NCBI GenBank assembly: GCA_023254095.1
Contig: JALNLM010000011.1
Location: 1 to 48,298, forward strand
Reading direction: 5' to 3'
DNA: 48,298 bases
Source: Candidatus Geocrenenecus huangii
GTDB taxonomy: Archaea; Thermoproteota; Nitrososphaeria_A; Caldarchaeales; Wolframiiraptoraceae
A program made the translations under genes and the position numbers. Positions 29,499 through 38,393 of the stretch are shown here, in pieces. Below the pieces are notes generated by a model that ran no database searches, was not told the origin of the DNA, and saw nothing but the letters and a program-made list of their open reading frames with translations. How positions within the stretch are numbered: the first letter of the stretch is position 1; each line of letters begins with the position of its first letter.

Positions 29499-30394
29499 CC
29501 TTTTATCATCACCTTTTTTATGAAGTATAATCCTACTAGGTTTATGACTAAACCTATCAAGAAGAGTATAGTTGCTCCACCGTAAAGTGCGGGAACCATA
29601 TACTCGTACGCTTCAGCGTTTGGAAACTGGTTAGCTATCAAGCTAGAGATAGTATAACCCATATCGAATAAGCTTTTGGGAATGTTAAGAATGTTCCCAA
29701 CAACCATCGCCACAGCCATGGTCTCGCCCATAGCCCTACCCAATGCGAGGAACAAACCCGCGAAGATGGCGGACTTAATATATCCGAGCATAGTTCTTAC
29801 CGTCTCCCATTTTGTCATGCCAATACTGTAAGCTGCTTCCTTCAAATTGTATGGAACAGCTGTATACGCTTCACGGATTATGCTGGAGGCAAAAGGCACT
29901 ATCATTATAGCTAGTAAGACTCCGGCAGTGAAGAGATTTGTCGGGGTAGGCTTAGTAGAAAATAGAGGTATGAAGCCTAGATAATTATGTAGTGGAAGCA
30001 TTAAGTAATTATGAAGTATTGGTGCGAGGACGTAGAGCCCCCATAGACCATATATTACTGAGGGTAAACTCGCCATAAGGTCGGATATGCTATTCATTAA
30101 GCTTCTAAATCTTTGTGGGATAATTTCGGAGGAAAATACTGCTAAAGATATGGCTAGAGGGGTGGCGATACTTATCGCTATAGTTGAAGTTATTAGAGTC
30201 CCTAAAAGAGCTGGTAGAATACCGTAGCTCTCCTTAACAGGATTCCAGACACTACTAAAAACGAAGTCTAATCCATATTTTATGAATATTGGACTAGAAG
30301 TAGTGACCAACGAAACTACGATCCCTACAACTATCGTTAATGTTGTGAATATGAAAAAAAATAAGAGAATTTGAAAAATCTTCTCGCTCCTCAT
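29495..30394 (-). CDS. pstC: Phosphate ABC transporter permease PstC
   Basis: PSVIYGLWG, KEAAYSIG and GRAMGETMAV motifs. Confidence 0.95.
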   Translation of the reverse strand: MRSEKIFQILLFFFIFTTLTIVVGIVVSLVTTSSPIFIKYGLDFVFSSVWNPVKESYGILPALLGTLITSTIAISIATPLAISLAVFSSEIIPQRFRSLMNSISDLMASLPSVIYGLWGLYVLAPILHNYLMLPLHNYLGFIPLFSTKPTPTNLFTAGVLLAIMIVPFASSIIREAYTAVPYNLKEAAYSIGMTKWETVRTMLGYIKSAIFAGLFLALGRAMGETMAVAMVVGNILNIPKSLFDMGYTISSLIANQFPNAEAYEYMVPALYGGATILFLIGLVINLVGLYFIKKVMIKG

Positions 30395-30401
30395 ACTTCA
30401 T

Positions 30402-31544
30402 CTATCTAAGTAACTTAAGACCTTCTAAACCTATCTCCGCCACCTCTGGTGGGAGGGGATCGTATCCTGGAACAATGTTTTCCTTCTTCTGTCCTTCAGT
30501 TAATACCCATTCAAAGAATTCTTTGAGTATAGCAACTTTGACGGGATCTTTATATTCCTGCTTTAAGATAATGAAGGAGAAGGAAGTCAGAGGGTAACTA
30601 TCTAAGCCGGGCGGGTCTACTGTCTCATCTGGGAATATGCTTGACCAGTCTTCATGAGCTTTTGGAAGAATCTTTGTGAGAGCTGTCAATGCGGATCTTA
30701 TTGATTTATCTGTCGGCAGAACATATTGCTCATCTCTATTCTTTATTAATGCTATCTTGAGTCCGACTTGATAGGCATATGCAGTCTCTACATATCCTAT
30801 TGAGTATTGATTCTGCTTAATGGCTGCAGCGACACCTTCATTTCCTTTTCCTCCTACACCGTTGCCGAGTTGGTCTACAGGCCACTGTACTGTAAAGTCT
30901 GACCCTACTTTTTCTTTCCAATCTTCAAGAACTTTCGATAGATAGGCTGTGAAAACCCTCGTCGTCCCACTACCATCCGACCTATGTACGGCGATGATTT
31001 TCTCGTGCGGCAGATTTAATTCAGGATTCAATTCTTTTATACGGGGATCATCCCAATACATTATTTCTCCAAGATACATTCTCGCTACAACCTCACCTGT
31101 CAATTTTAGCTTCTCTGACTCTACATTAGGAATATTGTGCACGACCACTACCGTACCTACGATAACTGGAAACTGGATGATTCCACCCTTCGCTTGAAAT
31201 TCATTGTATATATCTTTTTTTAATGGAGGGTCGCTTCCAGCGAAGTCGATTAATCCTTCCCGAAAGTTCGATTGTCCTGCACCACTACCGATAGATTGAT
31301 AGTTTACTGAAATTCTACCCTTCGTCAGCTCGTAGAACTTCGATGCCCACGCCTGCATTTGAGGATTCAAAAAAGATGCCCCTGCACCATTAATCGTCCC
31401 AATGTAGACTGACGTAGTCTTTATCTCAGTTTTTGTCTCGGTTACCGATGTCGTAGCGGGAGCTAGCAATCCCGAAAAGAGTAAGAGCCCGATAACTACT
31501 ATTATCACCACGGTCGCCAATATCAGGATCTTTCCTGTTTTCAT
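30402..31544 (-). CDS. pstS: Phosphate ABC transporter substrate-binding protein
   Basis: N-terminal anchor and Thr-rich linker; GAGASF, YQSIGSGAG, DFAGSD and HRSDGSGTT motifs. Confidence 0.96.
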   Translation of the reverse strand: MKTGKILILATVVIIVVIGLLLFSGLLAPATTSVTETKTEIKTTSVYIGTINGAGASFLNPQMQAWASKFYELTKGRISVNYQSIGSGAGQSNFREGLIDFAGSDPPLKKDIYNEFQAKGGIIQFPVIVGTVVVVHNIPNVESEKLKLTGEVVARMYLGEIMYWDDPRIKELNPELNLPHEKIIAVHRSDGSGTTRVFTAYLSKVLEDWKEKVGSDFTVQWPVDQLGNGVGGKGNEGVAAAIKQNQYSIGYVETAYAYQVGLKIALIKNRDEQYVLPTDKSIRSALTALTKILPKAHEDWSSIFPDETVDPPGLDSYPLTSFSFIILKQEYKDPVKVAILKEFFEWVLTEGQKKENIVPGYDPLPPEVAEIGLEGLKLLR

Positions 31545-31665
31545 CTTTTCTCAGACGAGCCTTTCTTGGTCTCAAATATATAGATTATGTCAATAGAATA
31601 TGTTTTTACGGTGATCTATATAGAAAAATATAAATCTACATAGTTACAAGTATTCTTGAGGAAAA
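31545..31665. promoter_or_regulatory. Divergent pstS / regulator promoter with repeated ATCTAYATAG boxes
   Basis: ATCTATATAG at 31614-31623, ATCTACATAG at 31634-31643, inverted ATATATAGAT at 31576-31585. Confidence 0.55.
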
Positions 31666-32673
31666 GTGAGGGAACATATCCGGAGAGTTCAATTAACAGG
31701 TAGAACCACGTTAACGATATCTCTTCCAAAGGATTGGGTAGAAACAATAGGATTGAAACCTGGAAGCATAATGAGATTAGTACCTAGAAATAGTTTAGGA
31801 TTGATTTTAATGCCTGAGGGTTTAAAAGAAAGTAGAAGAGAGGCAAGACTTTTAATTGAAGGAGATAAAGAGGCGGAGGCGCTGCTCAGAGAAATCATAT
31901 CCCTTTACCTAGCCGGATACGATATTATTAGGTTAGAGTTCTCCGTACCCCACCTCCACTTGAAACTGTATTTAAAAGAGAATATGAGGAAGAAGCTAAT
32001 GGGCATGGAGATCTTGAATGAGAGCTTAACAGAGATGCTACTTCAATGTTTCGCTAAACATGTCGAGCTACCGTTAGAAGATGCATTAAAAAGACAGTCA
32101 GAACTTGCAGCATCTATGCAGAGAGATGCGACGAACTCTCTACTCTTAGGAGGACGAGAGCTAGCTGAGGAAGTAATACAGAGAGATGACGAGGTGGATA
32201 AACTATTCTATTTCATTAGTAGACAGCTTAATCTAGCCGCTGAACTACCTCACGTATTACATGAACTTAAAATAGAGAATACGATGGCCTGCCTAAGCTA
32301 CGCGATGGTGACAAAAGCGATCGAGCGAATAGGAGACCATGCATCTAACATAGCACATACATCGTTAAACATTAATGAGAAAATAGAAGAAGAAATTGCC
32401 ATGGAGATAGAGAAACTAGATGAACAGGTAAAGAACATATTTCTCGAAAGTATAACAGTTCTTCTAAAGAAAGACAGTAAAGCTGCAAATAACCTTATAA
32501 GAGAAATTGAGAAGATAAAGAAGCTGTACACGGAGGTTTTGGAAAAAGTTATGGCGAGGAAGATAGATTCTAAGACGATCCCACTGCTGAGGGGAGCTTT
32601 AGGAGACTATATAAGGATAGCAGAGTATAGTGCAGATATAGCTGAACAAGCAATATTCCTCTCGCTTCTCTAG
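31666..32673 (+). CDS. AbrB-PhoU phosphate uptake regulator
   Basis: RRVQLTGRTTLTISLPKDW AbrB-type N-terminus; RDDEVDK and IERIGDHA PhoU repeats; divergent from pstS. Confidence 0.92.
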   Translation: MREHIRRVQLTGRTTLTISLPKDWVETIGLKPGSIMRLVPRNSLGLILMPEGLKESRREARLLIEGDKEAEALLREIISLYLAGYDIIRLEFSVPHLHLKLYLKENMRKKLMGMEILNESLTEMLLQCFAKHVELPLEDALKRQSELAASMQRDATNSLLLGGRELAEEVIQRDDEVDKLFYFISRQLNLAAELPHVLHELKIENTMACLSYAMVTKAIERIGDHASNIAHTSLNINEKIEEEIAMEIEKLDEQVKNIFLESITVLLKKDSKAANNLIREIEKIKKLYTEVLEKVMARKIDSKTIPLLRGALGDYIRIAEYSADIAEQAIFLSLL

Positions 32674-32745
32674 GTATTCTTTTAGCAGAAGACTATAACA
32701 GAAGATTTTTATAAATGGATTACAAGTAAAGAATGTTGGAATACC

Positions 32746-33555
32746 ATGCCTAAAAGAATTATTATTAAGGGTGGAGAAGTAGCCGAGGAGAAGGAAGTCC
32801 CTATCATAGAGCCTGTAAAGGTAGAAGAAAAAACTGAGAGCATGAAGATAGCTGAAACAACTATTGAAGAAGAAATATCTTTAGTGAAAACTCCTACAAT
32901 AGAAGAAGACAAAGAGATAAGTGAAGCCGAGATCGATGCCGAGACCGCGTTCGAAGCATTGAAGAAGAAGATAGAAGAGGTTAGAACTAGGGAGAAGGTA
33001 ACACAACAAAAATTCAAAGATCAACCTGACATGAGTATTGCCATCTTGAAGAAGATTCTGCAGAAATGGGATGCACTGAGAGAAGAAATTAGAAAAAGTG
33101 TTGCTGAAACAATCGAGAAGTATAGAAGACTGAAAGTATTGTATGAAGCAAGATTTTCAAGATTGGAGGAAGAGCTATACTTTAACCAGATAGAACTAGA
33201 TACTCTTAGAGAACTAGAAGAGCAGGGGGAGCCGATATCGATCTCGAAGAAGGAGGAACTTGAGAAGATGGTTCCAGAGCTTGCCAAAGAACTTGCGAAG
33301 ACGGATGAAAAATTAAAAGAAATCGATGTTAAGATAGAGCAGCTTAGGAAGATGAGCGACAACATATATGAGGTTACAGCGTACAAGGATCTAGCTGCTA
33401 AACTCTTCGAAGAGTTAGCGACAATACTGCAGGAGAGACGTGGAGAAGAAGCTCTACCTGCATTAAGAGCACAGATAGATAGTATAGCTCAACGTGAAGG
33501 CATCTCGAGAGAATATTCAACGATATACGTATGGAAGAAGTTGAGGAAAGCCTAA
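32746..33555 (+). CDS. Coiled-coil hypothetical protein with an acidic N-terminus
   Basis: Glu-rich low-complexity first ~65 aa, then heptads and a small helical C-terminal domain. Confidence 0.75.
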   Translation: MPKRIIIKGGEVAEEKEVPIIEPVKVEEKTESMKIAETTIEEEISLVKTPTIEEDKEISEAEIDAETAFEALKKKIEEVRTREKVTQQKFKDQPDMSIAILKKILQKWDALREEIRKSVAETIEKYRRLKVLYEARFSRLEEELYFNQIELDTLRELEEQGEPISISKKEELEKMVPELAKELAKTDEKLKEIDVKIEQLRKMSDNIYEVTAYKDLAAKLFEELATILQERRGEEALPALRAQIDSIAQREGISREYSTIYVWKKLRKA

Positions 33556-33664
33556 GTACCATAATCTAGATAAATGGTTAACGTTATAGACTATTTCAGG
33601 TACTTTTATGTTTGATTCTATGGTATGAGAGAGTTGATACAACTATCGCTCATTTCATAGATTT

Positions 33665-34066
33665 CTAGACTGTGGGTCTAAACTTGTAGCAGTAAGCGAT
33701 TATCTTGTCTTCATCGTCTTCTCTTATCTTCCTCAATGTTGCTTCAACCCTCATACCCTTCTTCAATTCTTCAGGATGACAATCTGTTATCTGACTGAGG
33801 ATTCTCGTCCCATCATCAAGCTCGACGATACCTACTATGTAGGGTGACTGGGCTTCAAATCCTTCAGGGGGGCTTCTAACGACAGTGTATGCTAAAAGTT
33901 TCCCTGTATCGGGTAGAGAGACCTGGTTGAACTCTCTCGACCTACATTTCCTACAGACCAGAGGTTTAAAGAAGTGGACTTCTCCACAATGATTACATCT
34001 CCAAGCATTCAGCCTATATCTAAAATCTTTATGCCTCCAGTATCTTGGAATCTTTATCCTAAACAT
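33665..34066 (-). CDS. DUF35 Zn-ribbon/OB-fold scaffold protein
   Basis: CNHC...CRKC; GKLLAYTVV...PYIVGIVELDDG...YCYKFRP; follows the thiolase gene. Confidence 0.93.
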   Translation of the reverse strand: MFRIKIPRYWRHKDFRYRLNAWRCNHCGEVHFFKPLVCRKCRSREFNQVSLPDTGKLLAYTVVRSPPEGFEAQSPYIVGIVELDDGTRILSQITDCHPEELKKGMRVEATLRKIREDDEDKIIAYCYKFRPTV

Positions 34067-34069
34067 TCT

Positions 34070-35227
34070 CTACACCTCTTTTAATATAGTGACAAATGCT
34101 GTTGAAGCCACGGCTCCGAGAGATTGAGCTAAACCAGCCCTCGCAGAATCTACTTGGTTTTTTCCAGCTCTATTGGTTAACTGTAGATGTAGTTCAGCTA
34201 TCTGGTATACGGATGTCGCTCCAGCTGGATGCCCTCGTGCTTTTAATCCACCGAAAGTATTGCATGGAATACTTCCAGAAAGGCTCAGCTCTCCTTTCTC
34301 TAAGAGTTGCCACGCTTTACCTCTTTCAGCAAATCCCGATGACTCTAAAGATAGTATGGCCATAATTGAGGTTGCATCGAATACTTCAAGGATCTTTATG
34401 TCTCTTCTCTCAAGCTTAGCTCTACTCAAGGCTCTAGAAGTAGCGAGCTGGACGGCCGGAAACCATAAGGGGTCTTCACGCTGGAAAGGTGTAAGATAGT
34501 CTGTAGATGCTTCTATAAGTAGCTCGGTCTTAGGTGAATCTAGTTTCCTAGCAGTTTCCTCGTTTACGAGTACTAGAGCTGCTGCGCCATCTGCAATAGC
34601 GGTAGTCTCGAATCTTCTTAATGGTTCGGAGACGTATGGAGAGTTCAAGACTGTCTCAAGCTTTATCTTGAAGGGGTATTGTGCATGCGGGACATTAACT
34701 GAGTGTTCATGGCATAGAACGGGGAAGAGAGCTATCTTCTCCTGACTGACGCCATACTTATCCATATATAGATTGTATATTAACGCATTTATAGAATAGA
34801 AGGTTGCACCGATGAATCCAGTGTATTCTTGTCTTTCGCTGGACGTCATAGCTGCTGCAACTTCTTCAGCCATCCCGTCTGACATCTTGTCTACGCCGAC
34901 TACGAGTACAGCATCAGCTCTTCCAGACTCAATCTCCCTAGCGCCTGCATAGACGGCGGCTGAGCCGGATGCGGTTGCTGCCTCGACGGCCATGGCAGGG
35001 ATGCCTGATAATCCTAGTTCCTCAGCTAGTAATGCTCCTAGATGGCCCTGCTCTTGGAGTATTAGTGAGAGCATGCTTCCAACGTATATTGAGTCTATCC
35101 TGCTTAATCCTGCATCATCGAGAGCTTTGATGGATGCTTCGGTCATCAGGTTTTCAAGGGAAATCCACCAATGTTCATCAACCTTGGTTAATCCTACACC
35201 TGCAATATACACTCTACTCATTTCCAA
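34070..35227 (-). CDS. Thiolase-fold protein (archaeal acetoacetyl-CoA thiolase family) with altered active site
   Basis: DGAAALV and GGLKARGHP motifs present, but EAATASG replaces EAACASG and EVFDAT replaces EVHDCF. Confidence 0.88.
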   Translation of the reverse strand: MEMSRVYIAGVGLTKVDEHWWISLENLMTEASIKALDDAGLSRIDSIYVGSMLSLILQEQGHLGALLAEELGLSGIPAMAVEAATASGSAAVYAGAREIESGRADAVLVVGVDKMSDGMAEEVAAAMTSSERQEYTGFIGATFYSINALIYNLYMDKYGVSQEKIALFPVLCHEHSVNVPHAQYPFKIKLETVLNSPYVSEPLRRFETTAIADGAAALVLVNEETARKLDSPKTELLIEASTDYLTPFQREDPLWFPAVQLATSRALSRAKLERRDIKILEVFDATSIMAILSLESSGFAERGKAWQLLEKGELSLSGSIPCNTFGGLKARGHPAGATSVYQIAELHLQLTNRAGKNQVDSARAGLAQSLGAVASTAFVTILKEV

Positions 35228-35233
35228 ACCACT

Positions 35234-36280
35234 CTACATCAGTATCTTCTTTCTATGCCTAGCATAGATAGCGTAATCAATATAGGTCTTTCTATCGATA
35301 AACTTGTCAAGCGGTGGAGCGAGATCTCTCTTCAGCTTAATGTTTTCTAGAACCCTTATGATGTATGAGTCGCTTCCTGCCCCTGACCCGAAGCTTGATA
35401 GAAGTATCCTTTGACCTGGTTTAGCTTGATCTAAAACTCTTACGAGCCCGAGTAGGCTACAAGCTGCGTAAGTATTTCCAATCTGCCCAACGACCAATCC
35501 AGGCTTAACCTTCTCTAAGTCTACTCCTAGAAGTCTTGCAGCTACTAGTGGAAACCTTGTATTAGGTTGATGGAAGACAACGTAATCTACGTCGTTTAAG
35601 GTATATCCATCATTCTCTAGAAGATTCTTGACAGAGTTTACTATGTGGTGGAAGTATGCTGGGTCTCCAGTAAATCTCGCAGTATGATGGGGATAGCGTT
35701 CATATTCTCTCCTCCAAAAATCAGGCGTATCTGTTACATAGGATGTCCAAGCCTCTATCTCCGCAACTCCCTCATTCTTGTTTTTACCAATAATGAATGC
35801 TGCCGCACCCGACGCAGCAGTGAATTCTAGAGCGTCTCCAGGTCTACCTTGAGCGGTGTCAGCTCCTATAGCTAGACCGTATTCTATTCTTCCAGCATCA
35901 ACAAGACTAGTAATAAATTGTAGAGCCTCCGTCCCCGCCTTACATGCGAATTCGAAATCTGCCGCTGTGATTCTAGGTACAGCGCCTATTGCTTCAGCAA
36001 CAATAGTCCCAGAAGGCTTTACAGCATAGGGCTTAGATTCCGTCCCCACATGTACCGCGCCTATCTTGCTTGGAGGGATTCTTGCTCTCTTAAGAGCTAT
36101 TCTTGCAGCTTCTACAGCCAATGTAACCGTATCTTCATCTAACCCTGTGACTGACTTCTCTTCTGTGGGTAGCTCTGATCTATCTCTACCCCATATACGG
36201 GCTATCTCTTCACCCTTAATCCTATATCTTGGAACGTATCCTCCATAACCAACGATTACAACAGAGCTCATTCTAACCAT
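35234..36280 (-). CDS. mvaS: Hydroxymethylglutaryl-CoA synthase (archaeal)
   Basis: GTESKPYAVKP, EFACKAG, FHQPN, IGNTY and SFGSGAGSD motifs; catalytic Glu/Cys/His present. Confidence 0.95.
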   Translation of the reverse strand: MVRMSSVVIVGYGGYVPRYRIKGEEIARIWGRDRSELPTEEKSVTGLDEDTVTLAVEAARIALKRARIPPSKIGAVHVGTESKPYAVKPSGTIVAEAIGAVPRITAADFEFACKAGTEALQFITSLVDAGRIEYGLAIGADTAQGRPGDALEFTAASGAAAFIIGKNKNEGVAEIEAWTSYVTDTPDFWRREYERYPHHTARFTGDPAYFHHIVNSVKNLLENDGYTLNDVDYVVFHQPNTRFPLVAARLLGVDLEKVKPGLVVGQIGNTYAACSLLGLVRVLDQAKPGQRILLSSFGSGAGSDSYIIRVLENIKLKRDLAPPLDKFIDRKTYIDYAIYARHRKKILM

Positions 36281-36464
36281 AAGACTCTAGACATAGACTA
36301 ATTATTCATGCTATAAATCTATTGTAGCGTAATTCGACGATAAGCGTTTAAAGCCCTTGAAAATTAGAGAGCTGTCATCCAGAACGTATAAGATTGTTTC
36401 TGGAAAATGTTAAGGTCTATCAGAGATGTTAAGAAATATTTCCAAGCTCGTATTATAATATATA

Positions 36465-36917
36465 ATGGATGTGAGGATGAATTTAAATGAGAAGGATAGA
36501 TTGATACTGAGAGAACTATGGTTAGATTCGAGCCAGAGTGTAAGGGAGATAGCTGAGAAGCTAGGTATGCCTAGGACCACGGTACAGGAACGAATCAACA
36601 AGATGAAACGTGAAGGAGTAATAAAGAGATTCACGATAGAAGTAGACCATTCTAAACTCGGGAGATCTACAACCGCCTTCATTCTAGTCTCATTTATGCC
36701 TGGCCCTCAAGTCTCACAGAAAGAACTAGCTAAGAAGATCTCAGAATTGCCGGATGTAGAAGAAGTACATCTAATCACGGGGGAATGGGATATCCTCGTC
36801 AAGGTTAGAGGTTCATCCATAAAAGAGATAGGTGAACTAGTCGTGGAAAAGATTAGGTTGATGGACGGTGTGGCTAGAACAGTAACATGCGCAGCACTCT
36901 ACACGGCTAAAGAATGA
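36465..36917 (+). CDS. Lrp/AsnC family transcriptional regulator
   Basis: HTH VREIAEKLGMPRTTVQERINKM; RAM domain EVHLITGEWD. Confidence 0.95.
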   Translation: MDVRMNLNEKDRLILRELWLDSSQSVREIAEKLGMPRTTVQERINKMKREGVIKRFTIEVDHSKLGRSTTAFILVSFMPGPQVSQKELAKKISELPDVEEVHLITGEWDILVKVRGSSIKEIGELVVEKIRLMDGVARTVTCAALYTAKE

Positions 36918-36955
36918 AACATAAGCCCCTCCAATCTAAAAATAAGTTAGTTAAC

Positions 36956-37705
36956 CTAGTAATTTAATTTCTTCAGGATTCCGCCCACTATATTTTCTAT
37001 TTCTTTCCTGAATTCATGTATGTTTTCTAGTTTGTCTTTGATCGTCTTGAATTCTTCAAGCTTCGGGTAGTACGATACTTTGCCAAGAATATCTACTTGG
37101 AGTTTTTCTTCAATCTGCTTGAGACCGTATCTTTTGAATAAGTCAGCCATGTTTACTATAATTCCTAGGAGTCTCAACCCCTCAGTCTTGGCATATTTTA
37201 TTAATCTTTCAACAACGTTGAGGCTTAGCTCGGAATTCGTTGTTACCATAGCAATGCTTATCTTCTCTTTAAGGATTCGCTGAGTAAAGGTTAACTCATC
37301 TCCCATCCCGGGTGGAAGATCGATTATCGTGAAATCAAGCTCGCCTAAGCTAAGTATTGAGAAGAAATCAGCTAAGAGGTCTATTTTATCTCTACCAGAT
37401 AGTGGGAAGGGATTATCTCCAAGGAAATAGCCTACAGATATAACTCTCACACCATTAGATGTTGGTAGCTCCAATCCTTCTTTCCCACCTTTAAACTGTA
37501 TATCTACTGGGAATAGGCTTTGACCTGCTGGACCGTGGAAATCAAGGTCTATGTAGGCTACGTCATACCCCCTCTCTGAGAGAATATACGAGGTAGCTGA
37601 AGAGATTATACTTTTACCTACCCCACCCTTCCCACTACCAAATAGTACAATGTTCTCAATATTCTTAAACTTCTTTTCAAGTAAGCTAAATCTAGGGTCA
37701 AGCAT
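36956..37705 (-). CDS. Mrp/MinD-family P-loop ATPase, probable ATPase-type HypB
   Basis: SGKGGVGKS, DLDFHG, IDLPPGMGD and VNM motifs; downstream of hypA as in Thermococcales. Confidence 0.8.
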   Translation of the reverse strand: MLDPRFSLLEKKFKNIENIVLFGSGKGGVGKSIISSATSYILSERGYDVAYIDLDFHGPAGQSLFPVDIQFKGGKEGLELPTSNGVRVISVGYFLGDNPFPLSGRDKIDLLADFFSILSLGELDFTIIDLPPGMGDELTFTQRILKEKISIAMVTTNSELSLNVVERLIKYAKTEGLRLLGIIVNMADLFKRYGLKQIEEKLQVDILGKVSYYPKLEEFKTIKDKLENIHEFRKEIENIVGGILKKLNY

Positions 37706-37863
37706 CTATTCCACCAGGCATTCTATGTAGAATATCTCGAAGAATATTAAAACTTATTACCTAAAACTATGGATGGATTTTACAGCATATTCTCTAATCT
37801 CATAGTATCCTTGTACATTACGTAAGCATCACTCATCCTAGGCTTATATTGAGGGCTACGTAT

Positions 37864-38295
37864 TTAGCTTAAGTAGATTTTTGAGATTTCTAGCTCTTTC
37901 CCAGATTCTACGTCTATATCGATCCTCCCGCATCTCGGGCATCTTTGTAAGCCCGTGATCAAGCTTGGTATAAAGTGGATCGGTGGCTCAAGTTCTCCCT
38001 CCTCAACTACATATTTTTCAGTACCGAGCATCTGGTTCAAGATCTCTAAAGCCTTCTTCATCGACCACTCCTCTCTACAGTTTAAGCATTTGAAGACTGC
38101 TTTCGAAACAATTATATTAAATTTTGATCCCTCCAAGCTTGTTCCTATAGAAAGTATCTTGAGAGCTTCACCCAATACCTCTACATTCAGATCTCTTAAC
38201 TCACCGACCTTTATCTCAACTTCCAATATCTTCTTGCCCTTAAACGATTCGAGCAACGTCGTAACTATGCCCTCTGCAATACTCCACTCATGCAT
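37864..38295 (-). CDS. hypA: Hydrogenase nickel metallochaperone HypA
   Basis: MHEWSIA start at 38295; CLNC...CPRC Zn site; SGKEL (track start 38322). Confidence 0.93.
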   Translation of the reverse strand: MHEWSIAEGIVTTLLESFKGKKILEVEIKVGELRDLNVEVLGEALKILSIGTSLEGSKFNIIVSKAVFKCLNCREEWSMKKALEILNQMLGTEKYVVEEGELEPPIHFIPSLITGLQRCPRCGRIDIDVESGKELEISKIYLS

Positions 38296-38393
38296 ACTAT
38301 TCTCCTTAATAACCTTAAACATCTAGAATATATCCATAATCTCTAATAGTTGTATCAAGATTATGTTAATCTAATGCTATTCATAGTTTAGGT

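Noticed and set aside
33556-33664. Hairpin ATGAGAGAGTTG-ATA-CAACTATCGCTCAT between convergent genes
   Set aside because: An imperfect, weak stem; at most an ordinary terminator-like element
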